Assembly: GCF_036251935.1 (NCBI RefSeq)
Contig: NZ_CP133967.1
Strand: one strand, 5' to 3'
Length of the DNA stretch: 40,000 nt
Origin: Orbus wheelerorum
Lineage (GTDB): Bacteria; Pseudomonadota; Gammaproteobacteria; Enterobacterales; Orbaceae
Part shown: in pieces, positions 1 to 9,137 of the stretch
Position numbering within the stretch: position 1 is the first letter of the stretch
Layout of the letters: each line of letters begins with the position of its first letter
Translations under genes and position numbers: made by a program
The notes under the pieces: generated by a model
Seen by the model: the letters and a program-made list of their open reading frames with translations, nothing else
Told to the model about the DNA's origin: nothing
Databases searched by the model: none

Positions 1-666
1 GATCGCCAGGCGCTTGATTTAATCGTTGAAAAAGGTGCTTGTGCCCATGTGACAACGCAATCTGCAACCAAAGTTCATATGATGGAAGCGAATTATGCGA
101 CCCAATTTCAAAATATTATCGTTGAGGAAAATGGCTATTTAGAATATTTACCCGATCCAATAATTCCTCACCGTAACTCACGATTTATTACCGATACTCA
201 CATTACTATTCACCCAAGTGCTACGATGATTTATTCTGAAATACTTATGTCCGGTCGTAAGTATCATCACCTTGATGAACAATTTGGTTTTGATATTTTT
301 TCATCACTCATTAGAGCTGAGTCATCTTCTAATAAAGCGTTATTTGTCGAAAAATATATTTTAGAACCCAAAAAAAATCAATTAAATCTAGCCGCCGTTA
401 TGGGCGCGTTTGATACATTTGGTAATGTAATTTTATTAACACCGAAAAAATATCATAGTCCTATTTTAGAACGCCTAGATGCCATTTATGATCTCACAAA
501 TGACATTGCTTTTGGTGCAACGCAATTACCTAATGACGCTGGGATCATCTTTAAGGTATTAGGGATTAATAGCCCAAAAGTAAAAGATGCCGTGAGATAT
601 TTTTGGCAAATAGCGCGCGAAGAAATAAAAGGGGTCTCATTACAAAAGCCATTTCTATGGCGCTAA
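1..666 (+). CDS. ureD: Urease accessory protein UreD/UreH, 5'-truncated by the window edge
   Basis: Frame 1 is open from base 1 (DRQALDLIVEKGACAHVTTQSATKV...), so the GTG at 49 in the ORF track is probably internal. The translation looks like the C-terminal two thirds of UreD (SEILMSGRKYHHLDEQFGF..., GNVILLTP). A urea channel gene follows directly, as in ureABCEFGD-yut type loci. Confidence 0.8.
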   Translation, partial: DRQALDLIVEKGACAHVTTQSATKVHMMEANYATQFQNIIVEENGYLEYLPDPIIPHRNSRFITDTHITIHPSATMIYSEILMSGRKYHHLDEQFGFDIFSSLIRAESSSNKALFVEKYILEPKKNQLNLAAVMGAFDTFGNVILLTPKKYHSPILERLDAIYDLTNDIAFGATQLPNDAGIIFKVLGINSPKVKDAVRYFWQIAREEIKGVSLQKPFLWR

Positions 667-682
667 GTTAGGGGCAATAAGA

Positions 683-711
683 TTGCAACGTTAATACTTA
701 ATTTTTATAAA
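683..711 (+). promoter_or_regulatory. Candidate sigma70 promoter for the urea channel gene
   Basis: TTGCAA (683-688), 17 nt spacer, TATAAA (706-711), about 75 nt upstream of the ATG at 787. Pattern match only. Confidence 0.4.
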
Positions 712-786
712 TGTTAATTTATTTCTTAATAATTAATAGTGTCGCACCTAAATACGACTCTATTTACATTTGTATTTAAGGAGCAA

Positions 787-1782
787 ATGATGGAAACCTC
801 AATAACAAACAAGTCTGCTTGGGCGCGATTCGTTGATAAAAATATTTTTATACAATTTTTTGATGTAACGTTACGTGGCTGTGCACAAGTTATGTTTCAA
901 AATAACCCATTAACAGGATTACTCTTTTTTATTGCTATTTTTACCGGTGCTTTTCTTGAAAAAATACCCGAGGTTGCTTTTGGCTGCTTATTAGGGACGG
1001 TAATTGCGACATTGACCGCTTATATTAGTAAATTAGATATAGATTCATTGCGTTCAGGGCTTTATGGTTATAATGGCTGTTTAGTTGGTGTTGCGCTTCC
1101 TGCTTTTTTAGAAAATACACCGTTTACGTGGTTATCGGTTATTTTAGGTAGTATTGTATCGGTTATTGCAACGATCTCTTTAATGGATTTTTTAAGAAGT
1201 TGGAAAGTATCGGCATTAACCGCCCCTTTTGTATTAGTATCATGGACCATTTTATTAGCGAGCTACAGTTTTTTAGGTATTAAAGGTGTGTCTTTACCAG
1301 AGCCAACACTTCCTCATCAGTACATTGAGCCTATTGGCCATCATCCATCAATTGATCTTGTTGTTGTGGTATTTCGAGGGGTATCAGAGGTCTTTTTATT
1401 AAATAGTGTGATCGTTGGCGTTATATTTACTATCGGTTTAGCCGTTAGCTCTATTTGGGCTGCCATTTTTGCTATATTAGGTTCACTTTTAGCTTTTAGC
1501 ATCGCGTCATTATTAAAAGCTGATATCGCAAGTATTCATGCCGGGCTATATTCTTTTAGTGCGGTATTAACAGCAATAGCATTAGGCTCGACATTTAATA
1601 AACCTAGTTGGCGAGGATTAATTTATGCCGTTATCGGTATTATTTTTACCGTTTTTGTGCAAGGCGCTTTAGATGTTGTTTTGAAGCCTTTTGGTATTCC
1701 AACATTGACTATGCCATTTGTTTTAGCATCATGGTTATTTTTAATACCTAACCAAGATATTATGCCTAACCACCGCCGATAA
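787..1782 (+). CDS. yut: Urea transporter, UT family (Yut-like channel)
   Basis: Polytopic membrane protein of about 331 aa with the UT-family N-terminal signature (VMFQNNPLTGLLFFIAIF). I prefer the ATG at 787, preceded by AAGGAG at 778-783, over the GTG at 739 given in the ORF track. It lies directly downstream of ureD. Confidence 0.85.
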   Translation: MMETSITNKSAWARFVDKNIFIQFFDVTLRGCAQVMFQNNPLTGLLFFIAIFTGAFLEKIPEVAFGCLLGTVIATLTAYISKLDIDSLRSGLYGYNGCLVGVALPAFLENTPFTWLSVILGSIVSVIATISLMDFLRSWKVSALTAPFVLVSWTILLASYSFLGIKGVSLPEPTLPHQYIEPIGHHPSIDLVVVVFRGVSEVFLLNSVIVGVIFTIGLAVSSIWAAIFAILGSLLAFSIASLLKADIASIHAGLYSFSAVLTAIALGSTFNKPSWRGLIYAVIGIIFTVFVQGALDVVLKPFGIPTLTMPFVLASWLFLIPNQDIMPNHRR

Positions 1783-1800
1783 GTTTAGTGGTGGTGTTTT
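1769..1800 (+). terminator. Weak candidate rho-independent terminator at the end of the ure-yut unit
   Basis: accaccgc (1769-1776) pairs with gtggtggt (1788-1795), including one G-U pair, and is followed by gtttt. It overlaps the yut stop codon and sits between convergent genes. Confidence 0.3.
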
Positions 1801-1832
1801 CTAATTTAGCCAATGCCATACGATATCAATTA

Positions 1833-2645
1833 TTAAGACGATGAGTCTTTCAGCGATAATTGTTGTATGGCTTTGGCAAATTGGTCAAACAATAAAACAA
1901 GTCCCATTAATGCAAGGCCAGGGAATACGGCAAGCCACCATGCCCCAGTATTGAGATAACGCAGTGCATCAGATAATAAAATGCCTAATGATGCGTCATG
2001 AGGCGATAGGCCAAAACCCAGAAAACTTAATGCAGCACTGTGTAAAATCGCATGGGGGAACATTAATAACGTACCGACAATCCATTGTGAAAGAATCATT
2101 GGTATATAGTGGTGCCAGCACCGATAAAAAGCACCATCACCAATGCGGCGTGATAACATAATATAGTCCGCCTGTTGTACTCTTAGCAGCTCAGAACGTA
2201 ATATCAGCGTTAGTTTTGGCCAATGAGTTAATGCTACCGCCCAAATCACGCCTGCTTTGCCGCCCCCTAGCGTGAAACAAATGAGTATCAACAATAATAG
2301 ATGTGGTAATGCTAATAACGAGTCAATAATGCCACGAACAAGGTAGTCCATCGCTTTATTAAACGATGATAAGCCGGTCATAATAAGCGCAATAAGGCCG
2401 CTTGATAGTGATGCAATTAGACCAATTTGTAAGCTAGTACTTAGGCCTTGAAACACCAGTTGCCATAAATCACGGCCTAAGTTATCAGTGCCAAACAAAT
2501 GCCCTAGTGATGGGCCTTGACGCCTATCAAGTAAATTGAGCGTAACATCGATGTGAGAAAGCCAAAAACCATAGCTTCCTAATATCACAAGACAAAATAG
2601 TGAGATAATTAATTTGATGAATGCTCGGTTAGGATTATAAGTCAT
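1833..2645 (-). CDS. ABC transporter permease, Nik/Opp/Dpp 'C' type (NikC/YntC-like)
   Basis: 270 aa with about 6 TM segments and binding-protein-dependent transport inner-membrane domain features. Its start overlaps the stop of the upstream permease gene by 4 nt (ATGA), indicating translational coupling. Confidence 0.85.
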   Translation of the reverse strand: MTYNPNRAFIKLIISLFCLVILGSYGFWLSHIDVTLNLLDRRQGPSLGHLFGTDNLGRDLWQLVFQGLSTSLQIGLIASLSSGLIALIMTGLSSFNKAMDYLVRGIIDSLLALPHLLLLILICFTLGGGKAGVIWAVALTHWPKLTLILRSELLRVQQADYIMLSRRIGDGAFYRCWHHYIPMILSQWIVGTLLMFPHAILHSAALSFLGFGLSPHDASLGILLSDALRYLNTGAWWLAVFPGLALMGLVLLFDQFAKAIQQLSLKDSSS

Positions 2646-3610
2646 GATTCTCTAATCACTCCTTTATTTACCTTTTTAAGCATAATATTCGCGATGTTGT
2701 TGCTAAAAAAGATGACTATCGCACATAACATAACGATTGCCATCAATAATGGTATATCACCTCGAAGCCCAGCATCTATGGTTGCTTGCCCAAGTCCCGG
2801 ATAGGCAAAAACCTTTTCAGCAAGTAAAGAGCCGCTAATTAGTTCGCCAATGGATGCAAATTGTAAACATATTGCTGGAGTGATGGCATGTTTTAAGATA
2901 TGAAAAAAAATCATTGCCCATCCTTTATCTCCTTGAGCTTTGGCGTAGTAAATAAATTCACTATTCATCACTTCGGCAATTTTTGAGCGAGTATGTAGCG
3001 CAATTGATCCAACGCCTGATATACCAAGCGCAATGACTGGTAATATCAGGTGATGTAACTTTTGTGATAAGTCAGATGTTTGCTCATCTAAACCTATTGG
3101 CCAAGCACAGCAAATGGGTGCCCATTGCAATGATACCGCAAATAAATAGAGTAGTAGTAAACCTATCCAAAATACAGGTGTAGAGGCTAATAAATAAGCG
3201 AGAAGTGAAATGATTTTATCAGGCCAACAATTTAAATAACGGCCAGCTATCAGCCCCATACCAAAGCCAACAATACCAGAAAAGATCCATGCTGAGACTA
3301 AGAGTGCCAAGGATGGAATAAGCCTACCTGATATTACCTGTAGTACTGGTGCATTATAGATCATGGAATATCCCATGTCGCCTTGCAGTAACTGCGAAAA
3401 CCAGCGCCAAAATTGTAGCCATAAGGGTTGATCAAGCCCCCAGCGTGCAGCAATTAAAGGATACTGTTCTGGGGGGATATACATTAAATCACTACCAATA
3501 TAAGCTTTAATCGGATCGATTGGCGAATAGCTTAGCAAAATAAAAACGCCAGCAGCGGTTATCACCAATGAACAAATAAACCGAAATATAAGCTTGATTG
3601 ATGTTTGCAT
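2642..3610 (-). CDS. ABC transporter permease, Nik/Opp/Dpp 'B' type (NikB/YntB-like)
   Basis: 322 aa polytopic permease. Its ATG shares one base with the stop codon of the binding-protein gene (TAATG at 3608-3612 on the minus strand). Confidence 0.85.
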   Translation of the reverse strand: MQTSIKLIFRFICSLVITAAGVFILLSYSPIDPIKAYIGSDLMYIPPEQYPLIAARWGLDQPLWLQFWRWFSQLLQGDMGYSMIYNAPVLQVISGRLIPSLALLVSAWIFSGIVGFGMGLIAGRYLNCWPDKIISLLAYLLASTPVFWIGLLLLYLFAVSLQWAPICCAWPIGLDEQTSDLSQKLHHLILPVIALGISGVGSIALHTRSKIAEVMNSEFIYYAKAQGDKGWAMIFFHILKHAITPAICLQFASIGELISGSLLAEKVFAYPGLGQATIDAGLRGDIPLLMAIVMLCAIVIFFSNNIANIMLKKVNKGVIRES

Positions 3611-5199
3611 TATTTACAGGTCCATCGCCATTCATCGACATTATTTAATACAGACCAAGAACCATGGATCTCTGGAGCGCTTTTACCTAATTCAACACAA
3701 TTATTTAATAAATAAATATGCTGCACATTAACTAACCAAGCCCAGGCCGCATCGCCTTTAATTCCTGTTCCAGTCTTACCATTCCAATCAACTTTTTGCC
3801 ATAGTGGTATCGCCATTTTTTGGTCGGCTTGGCGCAGTGCTTGTTCAAGTATTTCATCTACCTGAGGATTTTTATAGTAACCAGGATTATAATAGCCAAT
3901 CCCCGCCGCCTTGCTGCTGTAGTTATGTACTAGCTCCATCGGATCTAAGCTTCCCCAACCAAATAACGTTGGGTTTGCATGCATGTAACGCTCAACCGTT
4001 TCCCAACTTCCTGATTTTAGATCCATTTCAATGCCAATTGGCTTTAAGCTCGCTTTAATCGCTTGAGCTAAATCCCGACGAGTTGTATCACCACTTGCAT
4101 ACCACAATGTCAATTTTGCAATTTTACCGTTTTTTTCTCTTAAGCCATTTTGGTTTAAATACCAACCTGCTTGTTCTAGTACCGCTTTTGCTTTTGTAAT
4201 ATCGCCATCTTTGAAGGCTGAATCAGGGCTATTCCACGGCAGTCCTTCAACCCCGGTATAAGCAGGAATTGCAAATCCTTCTAAAATAGATTTTGATAAT
4301 AATTTTCGATCAATTGCATAGTTTATTGCCCGGCGAATAGCTACATCGGATGTGACATCATTACCGATAGGCGCACCTTGTGCATTTTTTTCACCTGCTG
4401 GAGGGATAGGAAATGAAATACCTCGATTTTCGACGCTTTGGCGTTCGATTAATTTCATATTTTTTATATCATGAGCGTCAGTTGCAACGGCTGCAGGTAT
4501 ACGTACGATATCTAACTGACCGCTTTGCCCTGCGGCAAAAGCAGTATCTTCATCAAGGAAAACGAATACCATTTTACCAAAATCATTTTTTGGGCCTGCA
4601 TAGTATGGATTTCTTTCAACGAGTAATTGTTGCCCGGGCTGAAAAGCGACTAAACGATATGGGCCCGCTCCTATCGGATTATGTGCATATTTTTTTGCAT
4701 CATATTTATCGGCTGGAATAATGCCTAATGAACCTAGCACATTGATAAAGGTACTTTGCGGTGATGATAATGTGATTTTTACCGTTAGGGGATCGATAAG
4801 CTCAGCCTTATCAAAATTACCCATATCAATTTTTCCGCCACTGAGCGCTGCATTATTATAGGTAAAAACAATATCTTTTGCGGTTAAGGGGGAGCCATCA
4901 GAAAATTTTAAGCCACCTTTTAGTTTAAGTAGCCATTGCATGCCATCATCACTATGTTGATAGTTTTCAAGTAAATAACTATGCCATGATAAATCTGCAT
5001 TTTGTTTCAGTAATGGGCTATGGAGAAGTAGATAACTACCATGGCTCCAACCTAACATCGGGTCAAACCCTTCAGTTGGCTCTGCGCCAATGGCTAAACG
5101 TAAAGTTTGCTCAGGTTTTGATTGGGCTGCATAGGCTTGTATCGAAAGCCCTACAAAGAAAATAGTTTGAATCGCGATTAAGATCTTTTTCTTTATCAT
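3610..5199 (-). CDS. Periplasmic substrate-binding protein, family 5 (NikA/YntA/Opp type). Nickel or metallophore specificity is inferred from context only.
   Basis: 529 aa with a signal peptide (MIKKKILIAIQTIFFVGLSIQAYA/AQ). Size and architecture fit cluster C, family 5 SBPs. It is the first gene of a three-gene minus-strand operon next to the urease locus. Confidence 0.8.
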   Translation of the reverse strand: MIKKKILIAIQTIFFVGLSIQAYAAQSKPEQTLRLAIGAEPTEGFDPMLGWSHGSYLLLHSPLLKQNADLSWHSYLLENYQHSDDGMQWLLKLKGGLKFSDGSPLTAKDIVFTYNNAALSGGKIDMGNFDKAELIDPLTVKITLSSPQSTFINVLGSLGIIPADKYDAKKYAHNPIGAGPYRLVAFQPGQQLLVERNPYYAGPKNDFGKMVFVFLDEDTAFAAGQSGQLDIVRIPAAVATDAHDIKNMKLIERQSVENRGISFPIPPAGEKNAQGAPIGNDVTSDVAIRRAINYAIDRKLLSKSILEGFAIPAYTGVEGLPWNSPDSAFKDGDITKAKAVLEQAGWYLNQNGLREKNGKIAKLTLWYASGDTTRRDLAQAIKASLKPIGIEMDLKSGSWETVERYMHANPTLFGWGSLDPMELVHNYSSKAAGIGYYNPGYYKNPQVDEILEQALRQADQKMAIPLWQKVDWNGKTGTGIKGDAAWAWLVNVQHIYLLNNCVELGKSAPEIHGSWSVLNNVDEWRWTCK

Positions 5200-5391
5200 T
5201 CTTCTCTCCTAATTTTTAGAGGTCTTTTACTCGTCATCAAATAATTTATATTATTTTTAGTTATTTTATCAGCGGTAAGCTGACATACGTTTTTGTAATA
5301 TCGCTATTACGAATCAAAAGGTGTGTTGAATATACTGATATTGTTTGCAATAGTGCTTTTTATTCTGCTTGCGTCAAAACAAACACCACAA

Positions 5392-5417
5392 CCAATCGCC
5401 ACGAGTATTGCGATTGG
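5392..5417 (-). terminator. Possible terminator hairpin downstream of amtB
   Basis: ccaatcgc (5392-5399) and gcgattgg (5410-5417) form an 8 bp stem with a 10 nt loop. On the minus strand it is followed by the T-rich ttgtggtgtttgtttt. It lies 38 nt after the amtB stop. Confidence 0.35.
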
Positions 5418-5454
5418 CCGTAGTTATCGATCTTAATAAATTAACAGAAGATTG

Positions 5455-6699
5455 TTATTCAGCTTTTTCTGTATAGGCATCTTCACCAAATTGATTAATA
5501 TCTAAATTATTACCGACAGCAGTTTGATTCACTTTAACTGGCGTAAATTTATTGATGATCCATAAAATAATCAGGGTGAAAACAAAAGACCAAACACTGG
5601 TAAATACGACAGCAACTATTTGTTTTACAACTTGCATTGCATTGCCTTCTAATAAGCCAGCAGGGCCTTTATCATTCCAAATAGTTGATGCGAAGATCCC
5701 AACTAGTATCGAGCCAGTTATACCGCCAACACCATGCACGCCAAAAACATCGAGCGCATCATCGAAATGACGTCTAACTAAAAAGACAGCGCAGTAGCAA
5801 ACAATACTTGCAATAATACCAATAATTGCAGCTGAGCTGATTGAAACATATCCTGAGGCCGGCGTGATGGTTGCAAGCCCTGCGATGGCGCCAGTTAAAA
5901 ATCCAACTAATTTAGGTTTACCAGTATGAATTTTTTCGATAATAAACCAAGTAATGCCGGCAAATGCAGCTGCAATATCGGTTGTAAGGAAAGCTGAAAC
6001 GGTAACAACATTAACGTTTAATTCGGAACCCGCATTAAATCCATACCATCCAAACCAAAGTAATGCTGCGCCTAAAGCTACAAAAGGAATATTATGAGTA
6101 CCATCAGAGCGAATTACTCTTTTACCAACATAAATTGCTGATGCAATAGCGGCAAATCCTGCGGTTGCATGAACAACAATACCACCTGCAAAATCGACCA
6201 CTCCCCATTTAGCTAAAATACCTTCAGGGCTCCATACCATATGGACAAAAGGGCAATAAACAAATAGTGTCCATAATGTTAAAAAAATCAAATAAGCAGG
6301 AAAATTAACTCTATTAGCAAAGGCGCCGGTAATTAAAGCGGGAGTGATTATTGCAAACATCATTTGATAGCCAAAATGGACTAGCAGCGGCAAGCCGCCG
6401 TTATTACCTGTATACATCGTATGCGGCGCAACATCATTTAAAAATGCATAATAAAAGGGATCACCAACGATACCATTGATAGAGGGGCCAAATGATAGCG
6501 AGTACCCAACAGCAAACCAAATGATAGCAACCCATCCCATAGAAAAAAAACTTTGTGACATAATCGTAATTACGCTTTTACGAGAAACTAATCCCCCATA
6601 AAAAAAAGCAAGCCCTGGAGTCATCAGCATGACGAGACTTGTGCAAAGTAGTATAAATGCGGTATTAGGAACATCTAAAAACGATAGTATATTTTCCAT
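5455..6699 (-). CDS. amtB: Ammonium transporter AmtB (Amt/Mep/Rh family)
   Basis: 414 aa. It carries Amt signatures including both pore histidine contexts (DFAGGIVVHATAGFAA and DVFGVHGVGGITGSILVG). It begins directly at TM1 with no obvious cleavable signal peptide. Confidence 0.92.
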   Translation of the reverse strand: MENILSFLDVPNTAFILLCTSLVMLMTPGLAFFYGGLVSRKSVITIMSQSFFSMGWVAIIWFAVGYSLSFGPSINGIVGDPFYYAFLNDVAPHTMYTGNNGGLPLLVHFGYQMMFAIITPALITGAFANRVNFPAYLIFLTLWTLFVYCPFVHMVWSPEGILAKWGVVDFAGGIVVHATAGFAAIASAIYVGKRVIRSDGTHNIPFVALGAALLWFGWYGFNAGSELNVNVVTVSAFLTTDIAAAFAGITWFIIEKIHTGKPKLVGFLTGAIAGLATITPASGYVSISSAAIIGIIASIVCYCAVFLVRRHFDDALDVFGVHGVGGITGSILVGIFASTIWNDKGPAGLLEGNAMQVVKQIVAVVFTSVWSFVFTLIILWIINKFTPVKVNQTAVGNNLDINQFGEDAYTEKAE

Positions 6700-7112
6700 A
6701 AATTCTCCAATATGAAATAGTCGTATATAGTACTAATCAAAATTATCTATTTGAATAAATATAACTTATTTGTCTTATCTTAGATCTTACTTATTTGCTA
6801 TTTAAAGGCGGCATTGTTTGTTGCTATTTAATCGTATAATAAATCGACTTATTGTATTTTACTAGTCTTAAATGGCCGTCATTGATTATTTGTAATAATT
6901 ATTTGATAAATTAAATTGATGATTTTTAATAAGATCATTGTTTAGAACGGATTTTTTATGCTTATCTTGATGTAACGTAATATCGGCATAAACTCAATTA
7001 AGTGATACATCGTATCAAGGTTAGACTATGATGAATTAGATGATAAATCTTTTCAATATTAGAGGATTTTAGCATTGTTGCTAGCCTAAATCTTAATCGG
7101 TAAAATGAGTTT

Positions 7113-7149
7113 TATTCATTGGCAATAATATGATATGTGCCAATGAATA
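7113..7149. repeat. Perfect 12 bp inverted repeat (tattcattggca N13 tgccaatgaata)
   Basis: Read directly from the sequence. Arms are at 7113-7124 and 7138-7149. It lies 52 nt downstream of the DUF2165-like gene stop and about 415 nt upstream of the amtB start. No adjacent T-run on either strand, so it could be an operator or a T-run-less terminator. Confidence 0.5.
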
Positions 7150-7201
7150 GTTACCTATATACACAGATCTTGATAAAAACGCTATCAATGCCCTAAATTG
7201 C

Positions 7202-7723
7202 TTAACGCTGTTGATGGTTTTCTTTTTGAGCTAATAATACAATAATTGCAGTTATACAAGGAAGTGCATATATCATTGCCCCTAATTGAGTATTTAATGG
7301 ATTTACTTTTGCTTGCCAAGCCATAAACCAATCGCCAGCAACAACCATAAAACCAACGCCCCAAACTAAGACTGCACAAGATGCTCCAAGCATCGCCAAT
7401 GCTTTTCCTTTGCTAAATAATAGATATGATTTATTGAAATTTTTAACCATGACAATTAATCCTAAGCTTGCAAATATTCCACCTAGCGTTTCCATGGTCG
7501 TAATTAGCGCAAGTCCAACATAGCCGGCCCAAGGTAGATCGATTGCTCGCCACATTAACCAACTATTATTTGCTGTATTTTCCATTGATAATAATGGCGC
7601 TACAGCATATTGTACCGTACCTGAAAAGCCAGCTAAATTATTTAAAAAGCTAAATAATCCCCATAAAGCAGGGAATAACGCCATTACTAAACAAACAAAC
7701 CGGGAAACTTTCACTTCACTCAT
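7202..7723 (-). CDS. Small integral membrane protein, DUF2165-like
   Basis: 173 aa with 4 predicted TM segments. The motif pattern (FLNNL...VAPLLSMENT...WRAI...METLGG...GDWFMAWQ) matches my recollection of the DUF2165 family. Function is unknown. Confidence 0.6.
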   Translation of the reverse strand: MSEVKVSRFVCLVMALFPALWGLFSFLNNLAGFSGTVQYAVAPLLSMENTANNSWLMWRAIDLPWAGYVGLALITTMETLGGIFASLGLIVMVKNFNKSYLLFSKGKALAMLGASCAVLVWGVGFMVVAGDWFMAWQAKVNPLNTQLGAMIYALPCITAIIVLLAQKENHQQR

Positions 7724-8518
7724 AATATTTTCCTTACTTAAATTTTATTAATTTAATTAATATGATTTTGTTATCATGATAACTTCCTGAATTATCTGAT
7801 AACGATCTTCATTATTAATGATCAAGTTTACGGTAATCCATTAATTTTATAACGTCAATAACATTGATTTATGTTGTGAGGTTTTATGCTTTAAATAAGC
7901 TTGAATTTTAATAACGAGATAAATCTTTGTTTTTACGGTGCTATTTTTATTATGAATTTCTTGTTTTATAAGCGGTAGTTTTATTGTTTAAATTTTCATC
8001 TCTAGCTTTTTATTGATCGTTTTTTGATCACTTAGTTGTCGGTATTTAATTTTTTTTGTCTATTAATAAAATAAATTTAAATGAAAAAAGCAGTCAATAC
8101 GATTATCTTTTTAATGCCATAAAATAGATGTTTAAATTTTCATTTTATTTAAATTATCAGTTATATATAAAATTTTTTAATATTTTTACTATTATTTAAT
8201 TGAGTAAATTAATTTATTTTTTATATATTATATCGATTATCAAAATCGTATTTTTCTTATGAAAAACACCGTAAATTCTAGCCCTACATGTGATTGACTA
8301 ATTTATTTTTTTGAGTAAACTCCGGCCTCCTCCCTCATGGATGGAGAGGTATTAACTATGCAATTTATATCAAAGAAACAATGCTAATTTATTATAGTGA
8401 CGATTTTTTGAGTACGTGATTTTTGTTCTGGTACTATTTTGTTATCGCGATATTCAAATTTTTAAAATAGATATAACTTGCTTTAATCATATTAAATTAT
8501 GTTATAAACGAGAAATTT

Positions 8519-9037
8519 ATGAAAATAAAAAATAAAGGTATTGCTGTATTTGCGTTAACTCTACTATTTGCATCTATGGCTAATGCTGATGATGGAACGA
8601 TTAACTTTACTGGTGAAATTGTTGCTGCAACTTGTACCGTAGCAGGCTCGTCAGGTTCAACGGTTGATGTACAACTTGGTAAAATTAATAAATCAGCTTT
8701 ACCAGCACCTGGCGCAACGGCATCAGCGACAATGTTTACTATTGGTTTAAGTGGCTGTGATAATGCAATTACAAAAGCTCAAGTTAGTTTTGATGGTGCT
8801 AGTGATTCAACTGACTCATCGTTATTAGCAGTTACTGGCGGTGCATCTGGTGTTGGGATCGGTATTTATGAAGCCGATGGCACAACTAAGCTTCCATTAT
8901 TTACTAAATCTAGGGCTGTTACGATTAGTAACGGTGCGGGAGCATTTAACTTTGTTGCTAAATATGTAGCAACTAATGCAAGCATCGTGGTCGGTAAAGC
9001 AAATTCATCTGCAACATTTGCAGTTGCCTATCAATAA
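8519..9037 (+). CDS. Major fimbrial subunit (type 1 / FimA-like pilin, chaperone-usher pathway)
   Basis: 172 aa. Signal peptide (MKIKNKGIAVFALTLLFASMANA), conserved Cys pair (ATCTV...LSGC) and the C-terminal pilin strand (ATFAVAYQ). Confidence 0.88.
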   Translation: MKIKNKGIAVFALTLLFASMANADDGTINFTGEIVAATCTVAGSSGSTVDVQLGKINKSALPAPGATASATMFTIGLSGCDNAITKAQVSFDGASDSTDSSLLAVTGGASGVGIGIYEADGTTKLPLFTKSRAVTISNGAGAFNFVAKYVATNASIVVGKANSSATFAVAYQ

Positions 9038-9088
9038 GTTGTAAGCTAATTATACTCGTTACTTAGGCTATAAATTAGTTGGTTAAAT

Positions 9089-9122
9089 ATTAGCACCAGA
9101 TAATGGTGCTAATTCTTTTTTC
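9089..9122 (+). terminator. Rho-independent terminator or attenuator after the major pilin gene
   Basis: 10 bp perfect stem, attagcacca (9089-9098) with tggtgctaat (9104-9113), 5 nt loop, followed by tcttttttt. This is the typical position for setting a high pilin to assembly-protein ratio. Confidence 0.7.
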
Positions 9123-9137
9123 ATTTAAAGGTATGGC

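Noticed and set aside
5200-5454. NikR operator (GTATGA-N16-TCATAC) upstream of the SBP gene, as support for nickel specificity
   Set aside because: I could not find either half-site in the correct arrangement on either strand. Nickel specificity therefore remains a context-based inference only.
7724-8518. fimS-like invertible promoter switch upstream of the fimbrial operon
   Set aside because: I found no pair of inverted repeats bracketing a promoter-sized segment. No fimB/fimE-type recombinase gene occurs anywhere in the window. Only direct repeats and GATC pairs were seen, and these are reported separately at low confidence.
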